A stretch of DNA of 50,250 nt from Deinococcaceae bacterium. Lineage in GTDB: Bacteria; Deinococcota; Deinococci; Deinococcales; Trueperaceae. The notes below the pieces were generated by a model. It was not told the origin of the DNA. It saw only the letters and a list, made by a program, of their open reading frames with translations, and did no database searches. Of this stretch, positions 29,485 to 38,254 are shown one piece after another (the stretch's first letter is position 1; every line of letters begins with the position of its first letter). Location: positions 1 through 50,250 of the forward strand of contig JBDZWC010000005.1 in assembly GCA_040256005.1 (NCBI GenBank), written 5' to 3'. Both the position numbers and the translations under genes were made by a program.

Positions 29485-30987
29485 TCACGGCGCCCCGTCG
29501 CCAGAACTCGAGTCGGGCGTGAAGTAGCGGCCGACCACATCGCCGTGCTCGGCGCCCACGCCCCGCGCCACGATGGCTGCCTCGCGAGAACGCACGAAGT
29601 CGGGCGCCAAGACCGGGGCTTCATCGTCGCTGGGCCGCTCTTCGGCTTGCGGTACCATCTCGATCTCTACGCGGCGCCCCTCCGTCGACTCGTTACGAGG
29701 CAGCAGGGACTCGGCTACGGCGGCAGCCTGAACGGCAGCCACCGGGTCGAACATCTCGGGCAGGGCGGCCGCGCCGGCGCCGGCCGCGTCCCCGGCGCCT
29801 TCGGTCGAGCGCTGTGCGGCGCCCGCCGGGTCTCCGGCGCCCTCGGCGCGAACCAGCGGGCCCGCCGGAGCCGCCGCGTTGGGGTCTGCCTGCGCTCGAC
29901 CCACGCCGCCGTAGAAAGAGTCGTCGATCGTCTGCCCATCGGCCGCCGGGCCGGTGGGCCGCAGACTCGCGCCACCGCCATCCTCGAGCTCGTCGACCAA
30001 GCTGCGAAGTGCCATGTAGAGAGAGGCGCTGTCGTCGGGGGTCGCGGTCTCCACGGCCGCCTCAGCATCTTCGGTCTGCGCCGTCTTCAACTGGCCGTTC
30101 GACGCGTTGTCTGCGCCCGCGAGTGGCGAGCCCGAGGCAGCCGTCGCGGGCACCTGCGCCAAGGCGTGCTCTACCGCTGACGCCAGGCCGCCGCCGGACC
30201 CCGAGACCGCCGTGCCCAGATGCGCCAGGAGGTCTCGCACGGCCCTGTCAGCCCCTGCTCTGGTCAGGTCCCCGGAGGTGGCCTCGGTGGCCAGCTCCGC
30301 GAACGAGGCTGCGATGGCACGCAGGTACTGATCGCCGGACTGCTCGGCTGAGAGGTCGAGCAGCCGGGCGACGTCTTCGAGGGTCGCTACTTGGTCCTCG
30401 GTCAGCGGCGCTTCACCGTTTCCGGCCGCAACGGCGGCGGTCGAAGCTGTTGGTCTCCCCGGGACAGGGACGAAGACCGCGACGGCGGCCAGCGCCAGGC
30501 CGGTCACGGCCGCCGAACGCAGAACCCCCAGCCGATTGTCGCCTGAACTCGTGTCGAGGCTCTCCGCCCTGGTCTCGGCGTCCGAGACCAGCATCCGCGC
30601 TACGACGGTGTGCGCGCCGCCGGCTTTAATGACCTCCCAGGCCGTTGACAGCGCCTGCATGTGCCGCTGCCTGTGGTCCGCCCTACGGGCGAGCTCGAGT
30701 AACGACGGCGCTCTGATCCCATGCCAGGCAGCCACGACCAAGAACGCGCCCAGGAACGCCGTAAGGGCTGCCTGGCCCGCCCTGCCCGATACGGATGGCG
30801 ACGCGAACACCGGACCAGTCTCACCGGCCAACCATGACCAAAGCCAAACCACAACGACCGCGAAGGAAGCAGCCGTCACGGCGACCGTCAGGGTCCGTCG
30901 GGCGGCGGAGTTCCACCAGGCGCGACGTGCCCGCCTCAGCGCTCGGTGAAGGTTGCTCTGTGGCAGCGCTCGGTACTGCGCCAGCAT
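29485..30987 (-). CDS. Hypothetical membrane protein of the MoxR operon
   Basis: Three hydrophobic segments, Ala/Gly-rich linker and C-terminal VVGRYF, a layout common in MoxR/VWA clusters. Confidence 0.65.
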   Translation of the reverse strand: MLAQYRALPQSNLHRALRRARRAWWNSAARRTLTVAVTAASFAVVVVWLWSWLAGETGPVFASPSVSGRAGQAALTAFLGAFLVVAAWHGIRAPSLLELARRADHRQRHMQALSTAWEVIKAGGAHTVVARMLVSDAETRAESLDTSSGDNRLGVLRSAAVTGLALAAVAVFVPVPGRPTASTAAVAAGNGEAPLTEDQVATLEDVARLLDLSAEQSGDQYLRAIAASFAELATEATSGDLTRAGADRAVRDLLAHLGTAVSGSGGGLASAVEHALAQVPATAASGSPLAGADNASNGQLKTAQTEDAEAAVETATPDDSASLYMALRSLVDELEDGGGASLRPTGPAADGQTIDDSFYGGVGRAQADPNAAAPAGPLVRAEGAGDPAGAAQRSTEGAGDAAGAGAAALPEMFDPVAAVQAAAVAESLLPRNESTEGRRVEIEMVPQAEERPSDDEAPVLAPDFVRSREAAIVARGVGAEHGDVVGRYFTPDSSSGDGAP

Positions 30988-31118
30988 CTATTTCTCCAGT
31001 GACAAGCGGTACACCCGCGGAAGATATATCGGCTCCAGCGAGTCTACAGCGATACCTGGGTCAACGTCCCCTACCGCGCCACCCAGTGCCTTGAGTGATC
31101 ACCGGCCAGGTTCCGCCC

Positions 31119-33113
31119 TCACTGGCACCCAGGCACCTCAGGCACGTCAACGGCGCCAACCAACTCCGCCACCCCCACCTGCTGCGAGAGGTTGCGGCCC
31201 CACGGCGCACCCGGCACGGGGCGCACCACGTATAGCGGCTGCTCTAGCTGCCGCGAGTCCGAGTCGAAGGCAAGCGGCCGCCCCTTGGCGAGCTCGTGCG
31301 GCCCACCGAGCAAGAACTCTTCCAGCGCACCCTGCTCCAGCCCTCCGGTCTCGGCGGCTGCCTGTCCGACCAGCGTCACGGCCGCGTAAGCGGCCCAGGC
31401 GTGCGGGTCCATCGGACGGCCGAAGCGCGAGGTGAAGCGCTCGTTCAGGTCCGCCGCGGGACCTTCCGCCAGCGTCGTCTCCCACATCACTACGCGCTCG
31501 GGCACGCCGCTGGGGTTCAGGCGGGACGCGGCGGCGATGTAGTCGCGCGACTGGGTGGCCACGGCGGGGTACGGCACGATCGTCATCTCGGGTCCGAGGG
31601 CGGCCGCCTGCGCCAGGAAGGCTATCTGGTCGGGGGCTCCCAGCAGCACCAGGACGGCGTCGGCGCCTTCCTCGCGCGCGGCGTTCAGCTCGTCCGCGTA
31701 CACGGGGTCCGCCTCGGCCACCACGCTCTCGCCCACGACCTCGGCTCCCGTCTGCGCCACGATCGCGCCGAAGGTCTCGGCGACCCGCGACCAGCGATCG
31801 TCGTCCAGCCTGACCACGTGCCAGCGGGTGACGCCGGCGTCGCCGGCTCGAGCCGCGATCGCCGCGGCGTACAGGTCCGCGCTGGGGGCGACGTGGAACG
31901 TGGCTGTGCATCTGAGTGCCGGGTCATCGTCCCCGATGTTCAGGTTCGCTACGCCAGTCTCCGCCGCCACGTCGGCGAGAGCGGCCGCTTGGCCGTCTCC
32001 CAGGCCGCCTATGAGCACACGAGCGCCGTCTAGGTGAACGAGGCGCATGGCTGCCCTCTTGGCCGCACCGGCGCTGGGGGCGTTGGCGAAGACGACGTCG
32101 AGCGAGGAAGCGCCGTTCGACACCATCACGTCCTCGGCCAGCAGCGCGCCGGCGCGCGCGGCGTCGCCGACGACCTCGAACAGAGAACCTGCGACGGTCC
32201 GCGAGCCGGTCCGGTTGGGTCCCACGTAGCCAACGACGAGCCGTTCTACCGTCTGCTCCGGCGGCGCGGGCGCTGGGCCCGCGTCGACGAGCGGGACCGC
32301 GTACTCTTCGAGGACGGCTTGGATGTCATCCCAGCGCCGGACGATGGCCAGGCTCAGGCTGTCCCTGAGCGCCTCGTCGCCCTGTCGCACGCCGATCGTC
32401 ATGGGCAGCTGCAGGTTGGTGAACGGCGGCATGGGATCGATAGCGGGTTCGATGGGCACGACGACCAGCTCACCGGGGTGTTGAGCGGCGTAGTAGCCGG
32501 CCGACGGCCCCCACGAGACGCCCACGTCCACCTCGCCAGCGAGCACCGCCTCCACGAGCCGGGCCTGCGGGTCGTCCCGCGGCGCGTAGCGCGTGCTGCC
32601 GTACTCGGCCACGATGCTGTCGGCCAGCCCACGCGCCAGGAGCGAATCGTGCGGCGGCATGCCGGCGTTCTGGAGGCCGATCCGCAACTCTGACAGCACC
32701 GGATCGTCCAGCGACGTCACCTCTATGCCCGCGTCTGCTCGGTACACGAAGACGTAAGGGCTCGTGTAGTACGAGATGGTCGTGAGCAGCGGCTCAGCGC
32801 CGTCGGGCACGCCCATGACCACGTCGCAGTAGCCACCTCGCAGCCGCAGGTCGATCATGTCCTGCATCTGGGGGTACCAGTCGAAGCTCAGCGTCGCCCC
32901 CAGCTCCTCAGCCAATATCCCCGCGATGACGTTCTCGTAGCCCTCCGCGCTGCGGTCGCTCAGCGGCATGGCGTGTGGGTCGGCGCAGACGACTAGCTCC
33001 CAGGTCTGGCCCGCCTCCCCCTGCGCGCTGGAAGAAGCGGGGGCTAGAAGGGCGAGCACGAAGAAGGCGGCGGCGGCCTTGGCCGCCAGCCGCCTGGGAA
33101 GGACCCCGCTCAC
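31119..33113 (-). CDS. Fusion: XoxJ/MxaJ-like domain + LutA/PedA-type binding domain (copy B); start uncertain (GTG 33113 or ATG 33161)
   Basis: LVVCADPHAMPLS..GYENVIAGILAEELG..WYPQ..GYCDVVMGVP..YYTSPYVFVYR (classic MxaJ/XoxJ); C-half NLNIGDDDPALRCTATFHVAPS..SRQLEQPLY. Confidence 0.85.
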   Translation of the reverse strand: MSGVLPRRLAAKAAAAFFVLALLAPASSSAQGEAGQTWELVVCADPHAMPLSDRSAEGYENVIAGILAEELGATLSFDWYPQMQDMIDLRLRGGYCDVVMGVPDGAEPLLTTISYYTSPYVFVYRADAGIEVTSLDDPVLSELRIGLQNAGMPPHDSLLARGLADSIVAEYGSTRYAPRDDPQARLVEAVLAGEVDVGVSWGPSAGYYAAQHPGELVVVPIEPAIDPMPPFTNLQLPMTIGVRQGDEALRDSLSLAIVRRWDDIQAVLEEYAVPLVDAGPAPAPPEQTVERLVVGYVGPNRTGSRTVAGSLFEVVGDAARAGALLAEDVMVSNGASSLDVVFANAPSAGAAKRAAMRLVHLDGARVLIGGLGDGQAAALADVAAETGVANLNIGDDDPALRCTATFHVAPSADLYAAAIAARAGDAGVTRWHVVRLDDDRWSRVAETFGAIVAQTGAEVVGESVVAEADPVYADELNAAREEGADAVLVLLGAPDQIAFLAQAAALGPEMTIVPYPAVATQSRDYIAAASRLNPSGVPERVVMWETTLAEGPAADLNERFTSRFGRPMDPHAWAAYAAVTLVGQAAAETGGLEQGALEEFLLGGPHELAKGRPLAFDSDSRQLEQPLYVVRPVPGAPWGRNLSQQVGVAELVGAVDVPEVPGCQ

Positions 33114-33135
33114 CGGGGCCGATGCCTCGTGGCCG

Positions 33136-35157
33136 TCAGTATCCGTCGCTACCTCCGTCATCACCGGCGGCCCCACCGCCGGCATCATCGCCCGCACCGC
33201 CCGCGTCGTCACCGGCAGCACCGGCGTCGTCACCGGCTTCACCACCGGCTGCGCCACCGGCCGCCCCACCGCCGTCCTCGGCTTCACCACCGGCTCCGCC
33301 GTCGTCCTCGGCGCCCTCGGCGCCGGCGGGAGTCGCCGTCTGATCCGGCGTTACCCCGGCCACGTCATCGGGCAACGTGAAGACGTAGAGCGTCGAACCG
33401 GCGCGACGGTAGCGGTCTTCTTCGTCCGGTTCGGCGTCGACCTCGACACCCAACCTGCCCGGGCCGCTCGAGGAGATGACGGCGACGTACTGCTTCCCGT
33501 CGGGCCCCAGGTACGTCATAGGTGAGTTGCTGAAGTCGGCCCCCGCCATGAACTGCCACAGGACCTCGCCCGTGGTCGCGTCTATCGCCCTGAACTCGCC
33601 CAGCTGACCGCCTTGGAACACCAGGTTGCCAGCCGTCGTGAACACGGGCTTGTTGTCCGAGCCCATCGCCTCGATGCCCCACGCCTGTTCGCCCGTCACC
33701 GGGTCGATGCCGACCAGGCGGTTGCCCCAGTCGCCGTTGCCGTCCGGGCCCAGGTAGCTCTCGACCGTCTCCCTCAACCGGTATGACTCGCCCGGGACGT
33801 ACTCGCCCGCGAAAGCCCGCCAGTCACCGCAGCGGTTGCGTTCGCTGAAGTAGACGAGGCCGGTATCAGGGTTGTAAGCCTGGTTCTCCCAGTTCGTGGC
33901 CGCGATCAGCGGGCACAACCCTTCCGTGATCACGTCGGTGTAGACCTCGCGCTCCGGGTCCATGATCGGACGACCCGTCTCCATGTCGAAGCCAGTGGCC
34001 CAGGTGACGGGCGAGTGCATCCACGGCTCCTCGAGGAGCTCGCCCGTCTGGCGGTCGAACACGTAGAAGAAGCCGTTGCGCGCCGCTTTGATGAGCGCAG
34101 GCACCGTCTCTCCGTCGATCTCGAGGTCGACGAGGATGTTCGGTCCCGGCTCGTCGAGGTCCCACGGGTCCTGCGGTGTGAGGGTGTACGCCCACATCAG
34201 CTCGCCCGTGGTGGCGTCGCGCGCCAGCAGCGAGGCGCAGTACTTGTTCGGGTACTCGAAGTAACCGGGTGCCGTGGCAGGGTCGCGCCGGTAATCAGGG
34301 TTCCCCGGCGAGCAGTTGCCCGTGGAGTAGTAGAACCAGTCCAGCTCCGGGTCGTAGCTGAACCAACCCCAGACGCTGCCGCCGCCGATCTCCCACGAGT
34401 CGCGCCACCACGTCGAGACGCCTGGCTCCTCGACCTTGTCGTCCTCGTAGAACGGCGCGAACGAGTCGGTGATGCCCATCTCCTCGTTCGGGCCGGTGTT
34501 GTACATCTTCCAGACCTCGTCGCCCGTCTTGAGGTCGTAGGCGGCGACCCAACCTCGGACGCTGTACTCGCCGCCGGCGATGCCCGTGATGAGGTGGTCG
34601 TGCACGATCAGCGGAGCCAAAGTCGTGGTCTCGCCTATCGAGAGGTCCGCGATCTGTTTCTGCCAGACGATCTCGCCGGTCTCGGCGTCGACGCCGAACA
34701 GCTGACCGTCGAGCGAGTTGAAGTACAGCATGCCGTCTGCGTAGGAAACGCCGCGGGTCTGGCCGCCGCAGCAAGCCACGGCCAGCGCCTGCTCGAGCTC
34801 CGGCATGTCGACCGCCAGGGCCCACTTGACCACTCCGGGCTCGTTCAGGTCGATCGCGTAGAGAACGCTGGGCTTGGGCGTGACCAGGTACATCGTGTCG
34901 CCCACCACTAAGGGCGCGCCCTCGTGCGAGTCCAGCACGCCGGTCTGGAACGTCCAAGCGACCTGTAGCTGGTCGACGTTCTCGGTGTTGATCTGGTCGA
35001 GCTCGCTGTAGTTCAGAGCCGCATAGCTGCCGTTGGGCATGACCCACTGCCCGGGGTCCTCCTGTAACTGCAGCAACTCGTCGTTCGCTAGGGCCATGCC
35101 GCCCACCGCGAGACACGCGGCGGCCGTCAGTGCCGTGATCGTCCTGGTCGCTCTCAT
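33136..35157 (-). CDS. PQQ-dependent methanol/ethanol-family dehydrogenase 3, putatively lanthanide-dependent
   Basis: Signal peptide; HEGAPLVV, vicinal ACCG, GGEYSVRG (Glu), STGN (Asn), DPWDLD (Asp-x-Asp), ARNGFFY; RBS GGAGG before ATG 35157. Confidence 0.9.
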   Translation of the reverse strand: MRATRTITALTAAACLAVGGMALANDELLQLQEDPGQWVMPNGSYAALNYSELDQINTENVDQLQVAWTFQTGVLDSHEGAPLVVGDTMYLVTPKPSVLYAIDLNEPGVVKWALAVDMPELEQALAVACCGGQTRGVSYADGMLYFNSLDGQLFGVDAETGEIVWQKQIADLSIGETTTLAPLIVHDHLITGIAGGEYSVRGWVAAYDLKTGDEVWKMYNTGPNEEMGITDSFAPFYEDDKVEEPGVSTWWRDSWEIGGGSVWGWFSYDPELDWFYYSTGNCSPGNPDYRRDPATAPGYFEYPNKYCASLLARDATTGELMWAYTLTPQDPWDLDEPGPNILVDLEIDGETVPALIKAARNGFFYVFDRQTGELLEEPWMHSPVTWATGFDMETGRPIMDPEREVYTDVITEGLCPLIAATNWENQAYNPDTGLVYFSERNRCGDWRAFAGEYVPGESYRLRETVESYLGPDGNGDWGNRLVGIDPVTGEQAWGIEAMGSDNKPVFTTAGNLVFQGGQLGEFRAIDATTGEVLWQFMAGADFSNSPMTYLGPDGKQYVAVISSSGPGRLGVEVDAEPDEEDRYRRAGSTLYVFTLPDDVAGVTPDQTATPAGAEGAEDDGGAGGEAEDGGGAAGGAAGGEAGDDAGAAGDDAGGAGDDAGGGAAGDDGGSDGY
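33139..33330 (-). repeat. Low-complexity acidic Gly/Ala repeats (AGDDAG, AEDDGG) at the dehydrogenase 3 C-terminus
   Basis: GAEDDGGAGGEAEDGGGAAGGAAGGEAGDDAGAAGDDAGGAGDDAGGGAAGDDGGSDGY. Confidence 0.85.
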
Positions 35158-35257
35158 CTTCCCTCCTACCTGCTTCCGCTGGGCCCGGCGCGCTCCCCTG
35201 CTCCCGCGGCGAAACCGTCTCGAACCTGGTCGAGCGGCGGGGAACGGCGGCTGGTCC

Positions 35258-36193
35258 TCACCGCCGCTCGGCCACCTGCTCCGGGGAGACTGGGCCGAAC
35301 GAGTTACCCCACGAGTTGCGGATGAACGTGGCGACCGCGGCGATCTGCTGGTCGTCGAGCTGCCCACCGAAGGCCGGCATGCCGTGATCCGGACGCCCAC
35401 CCAGGATCGTCGTGATGACGCCGTCGGTGCGCTCGAGGAAACGGTTGCCCGCGAGGCTGGGGCCCACCAGGCCCTGACCCTGGTTGCCGTGACATGGGGC
35501 GCAGGTGCTGCTGAAGATGGACTGACCTTGGTCCATCAGGTCCTGCGGCACCTCCCCCTGTCCTCCGGCCGCCCCGCCCTCCTGGGCCTCGTCCTGCTGG
35601 CCGCCCGCGGGTTGCTCGCCCGCGCCTTCACCGGCGCCTTGCTCGCCTTCACCTTGCTCGCCGGCGCCGTCAGCCTCGGCGGCGTCGCCCTCGTCACCTT
35701 CCGCCTGCTCGCCGCCCTCTTGTTCGGCCTCGGGCTCGTCCGGGCTCTCCGTGGCGGAGGCCATCTCGACGATCGCGTTGCCGTCGGGCGACATGAGGTG
35801 GAACACGTCGCCGAGCGCCTGCCCGCGGATGTCGCCTTGCTCCTCGTCGCGCTCGTTGTAGTAGAGCGGCCAACCGTTGTAGGTCGCCTGGATCGAGCCG
35901 TCGGGCCGCTCGTAGGTGCCGGCGAAGTTGGCGTTCACGCCCTCCGCGACCGTCACGTCGCCCTCGACCGTGTACGGCGGCCAGTTCTCCATGCACTTCT
36001 CGGAGGTGCAGGCGCTCTCTCCGCCTTCGTCCATCGCGTACACGTAGAGGCTCATGCCTTGGGAGTCGGCCAGGTACTGGCCCCAATCCGGGTCCTCCCC
36101 GACGGTAAGGACCGGTGCCGCCACCTCCTGGGCCAGCGCCAGGAACAGCAGAGCCGCCACCACGAGCGTGACGGTCGTCCTGATTCTGGGCAT
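35258..36193 (-). CDS. Secreted COG4315 domain + class I cytochrome c fusion (copy B)
   Basis: Signal peptide; GMSLYVYAMD..SACTSEKCMENWPP, TYNGWPLYY; long E/G/Q linker; CAPCH and GMPAF. Confidence 0.85.
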   Translation of the reverse strand: MPRIRTTVTLVVAALLFLALAQEVAAPVLTVGEDPDWGQYLADSQGMSLYVYAMDEGGESACTSEKCMENWPPYTVEGDVTVAEGVNANFAGTYERPDGSIQATYNGWPLYYNERDEEQGDIRGQALGDVFHLMSPDGNAIVEMASATESPDEPEAEQEGGEQAEGDEGDAAEADGAGEQGEGEQGAGEGAGEQPAGGQQDEAQEGGAAGGQGEVPQDLMDQGQSIFSSTCAPCHGNQGQGLVGPSLAGNRFLERTDGVITTILGGRPDHGMPAFGGQLDDQQIAAVATFIRNSWGNSFGPVSPEQVAERR

Positions 36194-36454
36194 AGGCGTT
36201 CACCTTTCTGGTCCGGTCAGCTCGTCTCACCGCTGCACGCGTCCAAACCGGACCGGCGCGCACTACATACCGGTTCAGTTCCGACCGTAGGTCCCAGCGG
36301 TGAGCGGCGAGTTGCAGGCAGGTGATTCAGGTGAGTAGGTCAGGAGACCTGCCCGGCGACAACGGGCTCATCTCGGTCGAGCTACCTACGCGGCGGCGAG
36401 CGGCGCACAGGCGGCGCCCATGGACATCTCAGGTCGCGAGGCTGTGACCGGTTC

Positions 36455-37372
36455 TCAGCGGGCGGCCGAGGTCATACGACGCATCGCCCACGCGGCGACG
36501 ACGGCCGCCACTGGCGCCGCACCGAACGTCACCGCCAGGTCGGCCGCCATGGGCAGCTGCTGGAAGCGCAGCAACACGTAACGCAGCAGGTCGAGCTGGT
36601 AGCTCACGGGGTTCACATAGACGAGCGCCTGGATCCAGCCCGGCAACTGCACGACCCAGCCACCTCCGATGGCGAAGATGCCGAGGCGCCTGAGCTCCTC
36701 ACGCAGGTGCTCGGGGATCTCCAGGAAACCCACGCCGCCGATCACGCCTCGCAGGGGGAAGATCGACCCGGACAGGAAGTACAGCGGCTGGATGACACCG
36801 TTCGAGATGCTGCCGAAGCCCTCGAACGTCTTGAGGCGCGTGGCGATGATCACGCCGAGCGCCGTCATGAACAGCCCCAGGAAGAACATGACGACCCAGG
36901 CGCCGAGGACGGACACCACGCTCAGCCGGACACCGATGAGCGGAGTGAACAGCAGCGGGATCGTGCCCTGAGCCACCGAGATCGTCGCCCCGCCGAGCAG
37001 CTTGCCTAGCGAGACGGAGAAGATGGGCGCCGGCGAGACGACGACCTCGCGCAGGATCCCAACCTCGCGGTCCCACACCAGGGCGATCGCGCACTGCAAG
37101 GCGGCGAAGAGGACGTTGAGGACGATCACGCCGGGCAGGATGTACTGCGCGTAGCTGTAGCCTTCGATCTCGCGCAGGGCAGCGCCCAGACCGAAGCCCA
37201 GGATCACGAGCCACAGCACGGTGCGGGAGAGGCCGCCGAACATCTGCGACCGGTCACGCCAGTAGCGCAACATCTCCCGGCGCCACATGACCCACACGAC
37301 CGCGGGGGCGAAGCCCGCCCACGAGCGTGGCGCGGCGGCCCTGACGCCGGGGCTGGAGGGGACCGTGGTCAA
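36455..37372 (-). CDS. ABC-2 type permease (PedC/LutF-like)
   Basis: Six TMs; YILPGVI, WDREVGILRE, FLSGSIFPL, VNPVSY; TTG start overlaps the ATPase stop. Confidence 0.85.
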   Translation of the reverse strand: MTTVPSSPGVRAAAPRSWAGFAPAVVWVMWRREMLRYWRDRSQMFGGLSRTVLWLVILGFGLGAALREIEGYSYAQYILPGVIVLNVLFAALQCAIALVWDREVGILREVVVSPAPIFSVSLGKLLGGATISVAQGTIPLLFTPLIGVRLSVVSVLGAWVVMFFLGLFMTALGVIIATRLKTFEGFGSISNGVIQPLYFLSGSIFPLRGVIGGVGFLEIPEHLREELRRLGIFAIGGGWVVQLPGWIQALVYVNPVSYQLDLLRYVLLRFQQLPMAADLAVTFGAAPVAAVVAAWAMRRMTSAAR

Positions 37373-38229
37373 CGCGTGTGCTCCCCTCCACGCCGGGCGA
37401 AGCTCACCATCTTGTCCCGCGCGGTGGCTGCGTCGTCACGGAGCTGCTTGCCCGTCAGGGCTATGAACACGTCCTCCAGGTCGCCGTCTTCCGCCGGGGC
37501 ATGCCTGGCCACGAGTTCGGCGGGCGGGCCGATCTCGACCAGTCTGCCTGCGTCTATGATGCCGACCCGATCGCAGGCCTCCGCCTCGGGGAGGTTGTGC
37601 GTCGTCATCAGCACCGTCATCCCCTCGCGCCTGAGGGCGTCGATCCGCTCCCACAGGTGACGGCGTCCTTGCGGGTCGAGGCCCAGCGTGGGCTCGTCGA
37701 GGAAGAGGATGCGGGGAGCGTGCATGAGCGCCCGCGCCAGCTCCAGGCGCCGCTTCATGCCGCCGGAGAAGCCCCTGACACGGCGCCCACCTACGTCTGC
37801 CAGCGAGGCCCACTCCAGGGCATGAGCCACAGCGGTCCGCACCTGGCCTCGGGGCACCCCGTAGAGCACGGCGTGTATCTCGAGGTTCTCCGTCGCCGTG
37901 AGCCGCTCGTCGAGCGCGGGCTCCTGGAACACCATGCCGAGGAGCCTGCGCACCGCCTGCGGCTCGGAGACGACGTCGTGGCCCAGCACCAAGGCGCGGC
38001 CGGCGGTGGGCCGAAGCAAGGTCGTGAGCATGTGGATCGTGGTCGTCTTGCCGGCCCCGTTCGGGCCCAGCAGCGCGAAGAACTCGCCGCGATGCACGGT
38101 CAGCGAGAGGTCCTCTACCGCGGTCACGTCACCGAAACGCCGCGTGAGGCCCTCCGTCACGATCGCGGGGGGCCCGCCGGCGACCTGTCGGTCGTTCAGC
38201 GGACCCCCCTGGGCGGCATCCGGGCTCAT
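37369..38229 (-). CDS. ABC-2 ATP-binding protein (PedB/LutE-like)
   Basis: GPNGAGKTT, FSGGMKRRLELARAL, LDEPTLGLD, TTH. Confidence 0.92.
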   Translation of the reverse strand: MSPDAAQGGPLNDRQVAGGPPAIVTEGLTRRFGDVTAVEDLSLTVHRGEFFALLGPNGAGKTTTIHMLTTLLRPTAGRALVLGHDVVSEPQAVRRLLGMVFQEPALDERLTATENLEIHAVLYGVPRGQVRTAVAHALEWASLADVGGRRVRGFSGGMKRRLELARALMHAPRILFLDEPTLGLDPQGRRHLWERIDALRREGMTVLMTTHNLPEAEACDRVGIIDAGRLVEIGPPAELVARHAPAEDGDLEDVFIALTGKQLRDDAATARDKMVSFARRGGEHTR

Positions 38230-38254
38230 CAGCCAGACGTTACCTTAGGGGCGC

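Noticed and set aside
33114..33290. N-terminal extension of the 723-aa ORF (MVKPRT...PVTT repeats)
   Set aside because: Alternate-frame reading of the dehydrogenase 3 low-complexity tail
33136..35157. Assigning xoxF or exaF and inferring methylotrophy
   Set aside because: Pocket motifs diverge and there are no C1-pathway genes in the window
35033..36325. 430-aa plus-strand ORF and similar long antisense ORFs (17583-19166, 12426-13787, 2555-3610)
   Set aside because: GC-rich shadows of well-supported genes with no recognisable motifs
36339..36353. GTCAGGAGACCTGCC resembling the 3' end of a cobalamin riboswitch
   Set aside because: Upstream core elements are not visible and it is antisense to the flanking genes. 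An Infernal search with RF00174 would settle it.
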